From assembly GCA_039810425.1 (NCBI GenBank), contig JBDHWW010000066.1, forward strand, positions 1 through 14,684: DNA of 14,684 nucleotides. The letters are read 5' to 3'. Source of the DNA: Pseudobdellovibrionaceae bacterium (GTDB lineage: Bacteria; Bdellovibrionota; Bdellovibrionia; Bdellovibrionales; Bdellovibrionaceae). A model generated the notes under the pieces. It saw only the letters and a program-made list of their open reading frames with translations, was not told the DNA's origin and made no database searches. Position numbers and translations under genes: made by a program. This document shows, piece by piece, positions 6,475 to 14,624 of the stretch. Within the stretch, counting starts at the first letter, position 1. The number at the start of each line of letters is the position of its first letter.

Positions 6475-8244
6475 TTACTCCTGAGTATACGAAACCTTGA
6501 CGGAGCTTGTTTCCATCATGGCAACGTCTTCAGCCAGCATCAAAACACCATTCGAAAAGCTGTACTTGCCGGCATCAATCACCACTCCGTCGACTTCGAC
6601 TTTCACGACTTTAGCTACCATCGTATCCTTCATTGTGAAAGAGCGACCGAGCTTCGTTAAAACATCCGTTTTCAAATCCGCAAAGTGTTTCGACCAATCT
6701 AAATCACAGATGTTGTAAACCCGTGAACCCGTCTGAGTTGCGAGGGTCTGGTAAACCGCACCCGTCACGGCCTGGCAGCTACTTACCGAGGCGCCAAGAC
6801 CAATGAAGCTAAAGATCGCGGCTTGGTCTGAAGCCACTCCGGCGTTTTTCAAATACATCGTAAAGGTCGCCGCCGCCATCGACGAGTTGTCATCTGTTAC
6901 AAACACAATGATCTTCTTAGAGTCCGCCCGGAAGAACGGCATACCGCTGTTAATATTGGCGTTCAAACGCTTGATCAGCTGAGCAGGACCGTCGTAAGAA
7001 CCAATCGCCGCATCATACTGAACAAAGCGATTTGCATCCAATCCGTTTGGCAGGCTCACCGCCGTGCCTGTTGTTCCTTGCTTACTGAGAAGCATGAACT
7101 TCATGTCTGAAGACTTATCCAAAGCATTCACGAAAGCCGCCAAGTTAGCGCGTACGTTTGCAGCTTCCTCATTCATGGAGCCTGAATTATCGATCACCCA
7201 AACCATGTCGAGTGGCTTCATTGTTTTCGTGGCGTTGATCGAAAATCTTTCAGTCAATACCGGTGGTGGATTACAAGCCCCATCTTGACGAAGGAACGCA
7301 CCTTTTTGGTATTCGCCGGTTGAGCTGAACGCACCATTCGTACAGAGGTTCTTCTCTTGTTTTTCGTAGAGGTTCGAGAGGTTACCGCCGTACTTGCAAA
7401 GCGCCGCCTCAGAAACCGTTTGGCCAGCCAAAGTTGTGAACTTGAATTCGCCACTGACAAGACCGCCTGGGCAGTTGCAAGCACCTGTCGTTTGCAAGAG
7501 CTTACCTTTGGAGAACATGTTTTGCGCAACCGACTGAGAGTTTGTACAGATATAAGTTTGTTGCTTCTCATAGATGTACTGCAAGTTTCCGCCGTTCGGG
7601 CAGAGACCTTGCTCAACGATTGTTGCGTTGGGAACAAGCTTTATTGAAGAAGCGCCTTCCGCGGAACCATCAGCGCATTTACAAGCGCCAGCTTGGCTGA
7701 GAAGCGTGCCTTTTTGATAGTCTTCAGAAGAAATCAGCTTGCCGTTGTCACAAGTGTACTTCTGTTGTTTTTCGTAAGTCAGAGTCAAAGTGCCGGTGGC
7801 CGGGCACGCTTGGTTTTCGCTGATTGTTTGACTATCAACGTTTTTCCAAATACTCATGCCGTTGTTCACGCCATTAGCGCAATTACATGCGCCTTTTTGG
7901 CCGAGCAGTTTTCCTTTTTGGAATTCATTGCTGCCAGCGTACTTACCGCCTTCGCAAAGAAGCTTTTGTTGTTTCTCGTAAACCATCGTCAGGTTGCCGC
8001 CGAAGTCACACTTGCCCGGCTCTTCGATGTTTTGGCCGTTTACGACTTCCCACTTAATAGAGCCGCTGACCTGACCGTCATCACAAACCGCAGGTATTTG
8101 CGAGTCTTCATCACCTTTTGCTGCAAGAGCATTGTCCGCCTCTGACGGTTTAAATGACACAGGAGCGCAGTTCTGGAAAAGAACGCTGGTGAAGAGGGCC
8201 ACACCAAAGATCAGCGTGGCGATACGCAAGCTACGTGCTTTCAT
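6475..8244 (-). CDS. lipoprotein with four Cys-rich repeats and a C-terminal VWA (MIDAS) domain
   Basis: Start taken at ATG 8244 (AGGGGG 6 nt upstream; ATG 8250 is an alternative). Lipoprotein signal ending LFQN-C; VWA motifs LDMVWVIDNSGSM (DxSxS) and IIVFVTDD; C-terminal beta-rich segment. Confidence 0.85.
   Translation of the reverse strand: MKARSLRIATLIFGVALFTSVLFQNCAPVSFKPSEADNALAAKGDEDSQIPAVCDDGQVSGSIKWEVVNGQNIEEPGKCDFGGNLTMVYEKQQKLLCEGGKYAGSNEFQKGKLLGQKGACNCANGVNNGMSIWKNVDSQTISENQACPATGTLTLTYEKQQKYTCDNGKLISSEDYQKGTLLSQAGACKCADGSAEGASSIKLVPNATIVEQGLCPNGGNLQYIYEKQQTYICTNSQSVAQNMFSKGKLLQTTGACNCPGGLVSGEFKFTTLAGQTVSEAALCKYGGNLSNLYEKQEKNLCTNGAFSSTGEYQKGAFLRQDGACNPPPVLTERFSINATKTMKPLDMVWVIDNSGSMNEEAANVRANLAAFVNALDKSSDMKFMLLSKQGTTGTAVSLPNGLDANRFVQYDAAIGSYDGPAQLIKRLNANINSGMPFFRADSKKIIVFVTDDNSSMAAATFTMYLKNAGVASDQAAIFSFIGLGASVSSCQAVTGAVYQTLATQTGSRVYNICDLDWSKHFADLKTDVLTKLGRSFTMKDTMVAKVVKVEVDGVVIDAGKYSFSNGVLMLAEDVAMMETSSVKVSYTQE
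7270..8085 (-). repeat. four tandem 68-aa (204-nt) intragenic Cys-rich repeats
   Basis: Each unit reads CxxG…C.xxG.L...YEKQ[QE]...C…[FY].KG..L....GAC[NK] and has 4 Cys. Units start CDDG, CANG, CADG and CPGG. Confidence 0.9.
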
Positions 8245-8279
8245 TTTCATCCCCCTGAACGTGAATTGACGCCTTATTA

Positions 8280-8306
8280 TTATCGGCATATTTGTTTATT
8301 TTTTAA
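8280..8306 (-). promoter_or_regulatory. sigma28 (FliA)-type promoter for the VWA lipoprotein
   Basis: The minus strand has a perfect -10 GCCGATAA (8287-8280) with TTAA/TAAA 14-15 nt upstream, in an AT-rich context about 35 nt before the start codon. Confidence 0.7.
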
Positions 8307-8355
8307 TATCAAAGCCCAGTGAATGTCCCACATCGGGCGTAAAATTCCACAAACA

Positions 8356-8370
8356 GTCTCATTGCGAGAC
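8356..8370. promoter_or_regulatory. inverted repeat GTCTC-N5-GAGAC, candidate regulator site
   Basis: Palindrome about 50 nt upstream of the sigma28 -35 element. Confidence 0.35.
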
Positions 8371-8415
8371 AGATTTCTTGGTGCAGTCTTGAAGTTCCGA
8401 TCTTCTACTAAGACA

Positions 8416-9219
8416 CTAGTAGCACTTGCAGCTGGACGCCGTGGCCAGAATACCGGCGCAACGGAAGGTTTTTGAACCGTTTGAGAACTCAAAATCGTCG
8501 ATCTTGCCGTTCTTTTCAGTCAGAACCATTTCCTGGCCATTTTCGAAATACACGCGCTCGCCTTTTTCTTCCTCGTAAACCTCGCCGTCTCTTTGCAAAG
8601 AGGCGATGAACGATTCACTTGGATCCTTGGTTTGTTCACTTGGCAAAGGAATCAGCGTTGGCTGCCCCTCTTTATCAACTTTGAAGTACAACAAATGCCG
8701 TGAGGCCTGATCGCTGTCAGAGTAATCGGTCTCGATACGAATGCGGCGCTCTTCACCACCGACGCGCATGTTCCAAGTCACCCAATCTTCTGAGCGAAGA
8801 ATAGGATCCCCAAGATCGCTTTTTACCGTGGCAAGCAAGCTATCAAAACTGGGGTCTTGGCGCTCGCCGCTGATGTTGGAAGAATTCAAACCCACACAGG
8901 CAGCCATCTGTTTCATGCTTTGGCCGAAGGCCTCAGAGGCTATCGCCAAATCAACAGGTTCCGTTTTTTTTCTATCTTGAACGGTGGCTGCTTCCAGCCC
9001 CACCTTGGCCTCAAGGTCGTCATCGAAACGCGCATCAGGTCCGCTGTCTTCGGACATGTCGCTGACTTCAGCGGTGGCCTCTTCTGGAGGAGGCGCCGAC
9101 CTGTTGCTGCGGAACCAAACGAAGCCGCTCACGAGGGCTACGAAAATTCCCACGCCGATACCGACTTGGAAATAATGTTTAAGCCTCAAGCTCTCTTGAT
9201 CGGGGACTTGCTGATTCAT
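8416..9219 (-). CDS. hypothetical single-pass membrane-anchored protein
   Basis: N-terminal TM segment (VGIGVGIFVALVSGFVWF), acidic linker, C-terminal C…CKCY. The start is uncertain: ATG 9219 overlaps the upstream gene by 41 nt, and an in-frame TTG near 9189 is an alternative. Confidence 0.75.
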   Translation of the reverse strand: MNQQVPDQESLRLKHYFQVGIGVGIFVALVSGFVWFRSNRSAPPPEEATAEVSDMSEDSGPDARFDDDLEAKVGLEAATVQDRKKTEPVDLAIASEAFGQSMKQMAACVGLNSSNISGERQDPSFDSLLATVKSDLGDPILRSEDWVTWNMRVGGEERRIRIETDYSDSDQASRHLLYFKVDKEGQPTLIPLPSEQTKDPSESFIASLQRDGEVYEEEKGERVYFENGQEMVLTEKNGKIDDFEFSNGSKTFRCAGILATASSCKCY

Positions 9220-10327
9220 CCATAAGCCTTTTCAGTTCGACCAGGAATTTCATAATATCCTGATCGGTATTGTAAATATGAGGACTTATGCGAAGACTGT
9301 TACAACGAACACTGACAAAGATATTCTTTTCGCGAAGTCTTCCACACAAATCCTTCACACACACTCCACCTGGCGCTCGCGCGCCGATCATGTGGCCCGT
9401 GCGGCGGTTCTGAGGCACTACTTCAAACCCTAAAGCTGCCAAACCGTTTACCAAAGTTTCATTCAAAGACGTGATATGAGCAAAGATTTTTTCAGGTGTG
9501 ATCGCATTGAGCACCTTCATAGCCTCAATCGCCATGGGATTGAGGGCGAAATTACTGTGCTGCCCGCTATCGAAACGGCGAGCCCCCACGTGATACTCGT
9601 CCGTGTATTCCGTGAGCTTCGTAAAGTCCTCACTGTAACGTCGATTGACCCAGTTGTTTTCCAAAGGCCGGCCCTGCCAGTGCCTGTCAGCGACGTACAT
9701 ATAAGAGACACCATAAGGACCCAGCTGCCACTTGTAACCCACGCTAAAGAGGAAATCAGGATCGAAAGACTTTACTTCCATCGGCGACACACCAAACGAC
9801 TGACTGACATCCACTACCAACGCCGCACCAACTGATTTTGCCTTCTGGCTGATCGCAGCCAAGTCAAAGTGACTGCCATCAGACCAGTCTGTCTGCGGGA
9901 CAGAGACTACAGCGGTATTTTCATCAATCGCCGCGAGAAACGCCGAAGTCCAATCCTGGTTCTGCGGCCGGGGTACGAAAGTGCGATTCTTCCATGGATA
10001 CACGTTTGAAGGGAACTCCCCTTCCGGCATCAGCACGGTCTTACCGGCGGGAACTGGCAAATTCAAAACAGCTGTTTCCACGCCATAGCTCACTGCGGGA
10101 ATCAAAGCGATATTATCGGCGGAGGTTTTTAAAAGATTGGCAACAAAGCCACGGAGCTCATCACAACCTGTGAAGAAATCAGAAGTTTGTAAGCGCCATG
10201 GTTGTTCCTTAAAAGCAGTGGCCTTCATCCCAGCCTCAGTGATCTTTTTCATCTGAGGAGAAATAAAAGCCGAATTCAAGAAACAAACCGAGTCCGGAAT
10301 GTTGAATAAGGCCCTGTACATAGACAT
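9179..10327 (-). CDS. class V PLP-dependent enzyme (selenocysteine lyase/kynureninase/CefD-like superfamily)
   Basis: Motifs FLNSA, EFPSN, VVDVSQSFG, the PLP-lysine motif SVGYKWQLGPYG and LRISPHIYN. Start taken at ATG 10327, 10 nt after the upstream stop. Confidence 0.88.
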   Translation of the reverse strand: MSMYRALFNIPDSVCFLNSAFISPQMKKITEAGMKATAFKEQPWRLQTSDFFTGCDELRGFVANLLKTSADNIALIPAVSYGVETAVLNLPVPAGKTVLMPEGEFPSNVYPWKNRTFVPRPQNQDWTSAFLAAIDENTAVVSVPQTDWSDGSHFDLAAISQKAKSVGAALVVDVSQSFGVSPMEVKSFDPDFLFSVGYKWQLGPYGVSYMYVADRHWQGRPLENNWVNRRYSEDFTKLTEYTDEYHVGARRFDSGQHSNFALNPMAIEAMKVLNAITPEKIFAHITSLNETLVNGLAALGFEVVPQNRRTGHMIGARAPGGVCVKDLCGRLREKNIFVSVRCNSLRISPHIYNTDQDIMKFLVELKRLMDESASPRSRELEA

Positions 10328-10337
10328 GGGCCCAACA

Positions 10338-11324
10338 CTACTTGATAAGACCGATCTCGCGCAATCTTTGCATGAGGAAATCGCCACCGGTAATGTCGGC
10401 GTATTTGGCGCCTGCGCCGCGGCAAGAAGGCAGGCAGCTCAGCATCGCATTTGGGTTGGGATGCATAAAAAACGGCATAGAGTAACGAGGTTTGTTTTTA
10501 GCTTCTGGGCTATTCACAACCTGGTGAGTCGTTGACGGAATCACATCATTCGTCAGACGCGCCAACATATCGCCCGCGTCCACGATCAAAGTATCCGGCT
10601 CAGAAACGATGTCCAACCAAGAGCCATCGCGATCCTTCAACTGAAGCCCAGAAGCGGTGGCCGCTGGCAAGATCGTGATAAAGTTGATGTCTTCGTGAGG
10701 AGCTGCACGCAAGCATCGCGGATCCGTTCCCTCGGGAATCGCAGGGTAGTGCAACAAACGAAGGATCGAATTCCCTTCGTGAGTCATGCCACGGAAGAAA
10801 TCTTTTGGAACCTCCAAAGGACCTGTCAAAGCCTCAAGCATTGCTTGGCCCGCTTCTTCGAGATCAGCATAGAGTTTAGAAAACACTGGTTCGAACTCTG
10901 GAACTTCCGTCGGCCAGATATTGTCTGGATAGTATTGGTCTTTGAGGGGATGACCATCCGCCACTTCACGGCCGACGTGCCAGAACTCTTTTAAGTCCAT
11001 GACCTTTGCATCTTTGGCATGCTCTTGACCGAAGGGAGTGTAACCACGCTGACCACCTCCGGCTTTGGAGATATAAGAGCGCTTCGTTTCAACCGGAAGC
11101 TGATAGAATTTTTCGAGAATGCCGTAAGCTTTGTGAAGAAGAGCCGGCTCAACGCCATGGTCTTTCAGGATAATGAAGCCGTATTCAACAAGGCCCTTAT
11201 AGAGATTCTCCACGAAGTGGGCTTTTTGTTCCCGGGTGCCCCTTGTGTAGTTAGAAAGGCTCAGTGTTGGAACCTTACGCAGAGTCGACGAACCGGTTGC
11301 GACCATGTTTTCCTGAAAGCTCAT
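10338..11324 (-). CDS. isopenicillin N synthase-family Fe(II)/2-oxoglutarate oxygenase
   Basis: GGAGG SD before ATG 11324. DIOX_N-type N-terminus (YGFIILKDHGV, GQRGY, DLKEFW), LRLLHYP, HxD (HED), distal His (STTHQV) and RxS (RYS). Confidence 0.9.
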   Translation of the reverse strand: MSFQENMVATGSSTLRKVPTLSLSNYTRGTREQKAHFVENLYKGLVEYGFIILKDHGVEPALLHKAYGILEKFYQLPVETKRSYISKAGGGQRGYTPFGQEHAKDAKVMDLKEFWHVGREVADGHPLKDQYYPDNIWPTEVPEFEPVFSKLYADLEEAGQAMLEALTGPLEVPKDFFRGMTHEGNSILRLLHYPAIPEGTDPRCLRAAPHEDINFITILPAATASGLQLKDRDGSWLDIVSEPDTLIVDAGDMLARLTNDVIPSTTHQVVNSPEAKNKPRYSMPFFMHPNPNAMLSCLPSCRGAGAKYADITGGDFLMQRLREIGLIK

Positions 11325-11390
11325 AATCCCTCCCAAATGAAGCTCTAAAATAAGGGTTGGGAATTATGCGGGCAAGTCTAGAAGCTGCAA

Positions 11391-12122
11391 CTAATTATTC
11401 ATTGAAAGAATGTTAAAAACGACCACGGTTTCCGCAGAGACAAAGCGGAAATGGACATCCCCATCCAGCAGACGAAAAGCGTGGTCGCTCCGGTATGGCG
11501 ACTCCTCGTTTTCATAACCCCGGTAGAGCACCGGACGCGGGTCCAACTTGAGAGTATCGATGATGATTTCCCGCAATTTTTTATCAGGGTGAGCCTTCTG
11601 CCATTGCACAAGAAAGGCCTCAGTTTCGGGTAAAAACTCCACGGTGATTTGCTTATGCTCCGCCTGATCAAGCCACCCCGTGCGGGCTTCGCGTTTTGCC
11701 TCGACCTCGGGGAGGTAAGGTTTAATGTCCAGAATCGGCGTGCCATCGACGAGATCAGCCCCCGCAAGGATCAACGAATCGCCTTCTACTTTCACCAATT
11801 CCACCAGGGACAAACCAATCGGATTTGGTCTGTGTGGACTGCGAGTTGCAAAAACTCCCATGCTTTCACCACCGAGGCGTGGCGGATGAACTTTAGAATG
11901 ATAACGGGCGACCTTATTTTGATGAAACACGAAAATAAGCCAAATATGACTGAACTTCTCAAGCCCTTCCAGAGCTTGCACCGGCTGCAGATCAGCGCGA
12001 ATTTTCAAGCGCGACCACGCATGTGGCGATAACCCCGGCTGTCGCGGCGTTCCAAATTTATCACGGTAAGATGATTCAAGATAACCAATTGGTTTTAGAT
12101 CACTAATTAGCTCGCACTTCAT
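11391..12122 (-). CDS. tsaA: tRNA (N6-threonylcarbamoyladenosine37-N6)-methyltransferase TrmO/TsaA
   Basis: Motifs KPIG, KFGTPRQPGL, LEGLEKFSHIWLIFVFH, PPRLGG…GVFATRSPHRPNPIGLS, DLVDGTPILDIKPY and LDPRP. Start taken at ATG 12122 after GAGGG. Confidence 0.95.
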   Translation of the reverse strand: MKCELISDLKPIGYLESSYRDKFGTPRQPGLSPHAWSRLKIRADLQPVQALEGLEKFSHIWLIFVFHQNKVARYHSKVHPPRLGGESMGVFATRSPHRPNPIGLSLVELVKVEGDSLILAGADLVDGTPILDIKPYLPEVEAKREARTGWLDQAEHKQITVEFLPETEAFLVQWQKAHPDKKLREIIIDTLKLDPRPVLYRGYENEESPYRSDHAFRLLDGDVHFRFVSAETVVVFNILSMNN

Positions 12123-12236
12123 AGATACCCTCTGTTTGCATTGTAAAGTAGACAATGACAAGCACATTTCTGATGACTTGAGTGAGAGCGGTGGTTATTT
12201 ACCAGCCACATTTTAAAAACACTGAAGGAGGCACAT

Positions 12237-12656
12237 ATGTTGCGCTTTATTCTCTCTATAGCTTTGGTTTTGGGCATGGGTTCTGCGGCGTTGGCCGGCG
12301 AACTTGATAACGAGTCTGGAGTTACTAACAAGGAACTTCAAGGTACGTTGGTTTTGCGTGTAAACACTCAAACAAACGAATCTGCTTTCGTAAAAACAGA
12401 TGCAGCCATGAATTCTAAAGAAGATGCTCAAGCTTTCGCAGCTCAGGCGAATTTCTCTCCGGTTCCGGCAGCTAACATCAAGTCTGAATTGGACAAAGAT
12501 GGCGGCGCTTCGAGCTGGTACTTTTATTATCCTTCTTACGGTTACTACAACCCAGGCTGCAACTGGTACGGCAACTACTACAACCCGTACTACTCTTACA
12601 GCTACGGATACTATAATTATTACTACTACGGCTCATACTGGTCGTATTGGAGATAG
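12237..12656 (+). CDS. small secreted protein with Tyr/Trp-rich C-terminal tail
   Basis: SD AAGGAGG; signal peptide ending …AALA (20 aa); residues 94-139 contain 21 Tyr, 4 Trp and 1 Phe. Confidence 0.9.
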   Translation: MLRFILSIALVLGMGSAALAGELDNESGVTNKELQGTLVLRVNTQTNESAFVKTDAAMNSKEDAQAFAAQANFSPVPAANIKSELDKDGGASSWYFYYPSYGYYNPGCNWYGNYYNPYYSYSYGYYNYYYYGSYWSYWR

Positions 12657-12667
12657 TTTCCCCCTAT

Positions 12668-12698
12668 AAAGCTGGTTCCTAGAACCAGCTTTTTTTTT
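12668..12698 (+). terminator. intrinsic (rho-independent) terminator
   Basis: AAAGCTGGTTC-CTA-GAACCAGCTTT stem running into a T9 tract (12690-12698). Confidence 0.85.
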
Positions 12699-12722
12699 GC
12701 CTTTTTCAGACGGAGGAATCTT

Positions 12723-14312
12723 ATGCAGAAGTTTCTTTTCACCGCAGCCCTCAGTTTCTCTTTGACCTTGTCGTTTGGTGCACAAGCTCAGGTTTTCAAA
12801 AATATTTCCACTCTGCAAAACTCTCTGGGTTTTCAAAAATACTACAACGCTACAACTGCAAAACCAGTGAAGGTCGCGATTTTCGATAAGGGCTTCGAGG
12901 GGTACCAAGCTGAGATCGGCAAGACTCTTCCCGCCAATACAAAGTACATCGCGGGTCCTGTCGCGGCTCCGGATGAGGCGAAGACTGAACACGGTTTCCG
13001 CATGGCTCAGATTTTTACGGCGCTTGCGACCAACAACATGCAAAATCCGGGTGTGATTTCTGAGTTCTATCTTTACAACGTTTTTGGTTACTCCAATTTT
13101 AAAGCCGCTGTCGACGATGCGATGGCTCGTGGCATTGATGTAATTTCTTATTCTGAAGTTTGGGAGTATGGCGGCAACAACGACGGCCAGGGTTTCATCA
13201 ACGCTGAAGTGACTCGCGCAACCGATGCCGGAATCATTTGGGTGAATGCGGCCGGGAACTTTGCCTTAACGACTTACAACTCTGCGATTGAAGCGGGCGC
13301 TGAAGACTGGGTGAAACTTCCAGACACGAATAATGCTTTGGCACTTCGCTGTGAGCAAAACTCTTCTGGCAAATGTGTAATTAAGGCCGTTCTTTCTTGG
13401 AACGACTTTAAGAACGATACAAGTCCTGGTACGGACAAGGACTTGGATCTTGCGATCACTGATGACATGCTCAACATCATTCAAACCAGCGGTCTTAAGC
13501 AAAGTGCCGATCCAAACGAAAACCGTCCTGGTTATTCTAAGTATGCACGTGAAATCCTGACGGCAGAATTAAAACCCGGCACTTACTATTTCCGCGTAAA
13601 AGACCGTAGCAAAAACTTCGGCAAGAACGATCGCCTGCGCCTGACAGTGGATGGCGAAAACATCACGATGCCTCACCACGCGGTGGATGAATCGATTTTG
13701 AATCCGAGTGACAATCCTTCGGTCATCACCGTCGGTGCGTTTGACGCCAATCGCAGTTCGATCTCTTTGAAACTGAATAAGCCAGACATCGTGGCGCCAT
13801 CTTCGATGATCTTGCAAGATGGCAGCGAGTTCCGCGGTAGCTCGAATGCCACAGCCGTTGTGGCTGCCGGCGCGGCTTTGATTCGCTCTATGAATCCAGG
13901 CGCAGAGCGTTCGAAGGTTTTGGCGAAAATGTCTAAGGCCTTTAACTGGGATCAAGGTGGCTTGAGCTTAAACTATCTGCGTTTCACTTCAACGACGAAC
14001 GGTTGCTTTAACTCACGTGAATGGATGGAAGCTCCGGATTACATTAAGCAGGCTCTCACAACGGGCGGTTTGTTGGTTCAAACCACTATTCAATACCGCA
14101 TCATGGTTCCGTTTGATCCATTCTTGCTCGCACCAAATCTGCAACGTCAAATGCAAGACGATATGCTAGTGGCCCTTCCACAAGGTGGCTTCCAAGCAAT
14201 CCGCCGCGTGGGTCCCGTCCCTCAGGGCGCAATTGAACTCTTTCAGCGTCCTGCCGAAATCGGACTCTGCGTAGTTCCTCTGAAACGCGCCGGTCGCGTT
14301 TTCTTATTGTAG
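12723..14312 (+). CDS. secreted S8 family (subtilisin-like) serine peptidase
   Basis: SD GGAGG; signal peptide ending AQA; catalytic D55 (VAIFDKGF), H90 (TEHGFRMA), oxyanion N179 (NAAGN) and S374 (RGSSNATAVVAAGAALI); also VITVGA and KPDIVAP. Confidence 0.88.
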   Translation: MQKFLFTAALSFSLTLSFGAQAQVFKNISTLQNSLGFQKYYNATTAKPVKVAIFDKGFEGYQAEIGKTLPANTKYIAGPVAAPDEAKTEHGFRMAQIFTALATNNMQNPGVISEFYLYNVFGYSNFKAAVDDAMARGIDVISYSEVWEYGGNNDGQGFINAEVTRATDAGIIWVNAAGNFALTTYNSAIEAGAEDWVKLPDTNNALALRCEQNSSGKCVIKAVLSWNDFKNDTSPGTDKDLDLAITDDMLNIIQTSGLKQSADPNENRPGYSKYAREILTAELKPGTYYFRVKDRSKNFGKNDRLRLTVDGENITMPHHAVDESILNPSDNPSVITVGAFDANRSSISLKLNKPDIVAPSSMILQDGSEFRGSSNATAVVAAGAALIRSMNPGAERSKVLAKMSKAFNWDQGGLSLNYLRFTSTTNGCFNSREWMEAPDYIKQALTTGGLLVQTTIQYRIMVPFDPFLLAPNLQRQMQDDMLVALPQGGFQAIRRVGPVPQGAIELFQRPAEIGLCVVPLKRAGRVFLL

Positions 14313-14396
14313 AAGGCGCTCTTTTGCTGCCCTGAACTCAATGCTCGACCAAGACGCCGCTGCCTTCTAAGCGAGTGGACTTATCGGAAGTGAGTG

Positions 14397-14624
14397 TTAA
14401 ATAGACCGTTCGTTTTGCTTGACCAGATTTCTAATCTCATCTGAAACAAATTCGATAAGAAGCTGCTCTTCAAACCAAACATCATACAGAGGACCACCGC
14501 GAGAAGGTCTAAATTTATGAGTAAGACCAAATCTGTCGGCTACGGCCTTAATATCTTGGAGACTGGTTTTAACTTCTATTTGAAAATGGGTTGAATTGAA
14601 ATTTTGCTTAACATCCATATCCAC
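14397..14624 (-). CDS. small hypothetical protein
   Basis: 75-aa ORF bounded by an upstream in-frame TAA; weak SD, AT-richer sequence, no motif. Confidence 0.35.
   Translation of the reverse strand: MDMDVKQNFNSTHFQIEVKTSLQDIKAVADRFGLTHKFRPSRGGPLYDVWFEEQLLIEFVSDEIRNLVKQNERSI

Noticed and set aside
9179..11324. Beta-lactam (penicillin/cephalosporin) biosynthesis cluster
   Set aside because: No ACV synthetase, lysine aminotransferase or resistance gene is in the window; the similarity is at fold level only.
783..12122. trmFO, valS and tsaA as a dedicated tRNA-related cluster
   Set aside because: They are separated by unrelated genes on different strands and in different transcription units, so this is likely ordinary core-genome proximity.
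12516..12653. TAC-rich low-complexity DNA as a CRISPR array or tandem repeat
   Set aside because: It is explained by Tyr codons and has no repeat-spacer periodicity.
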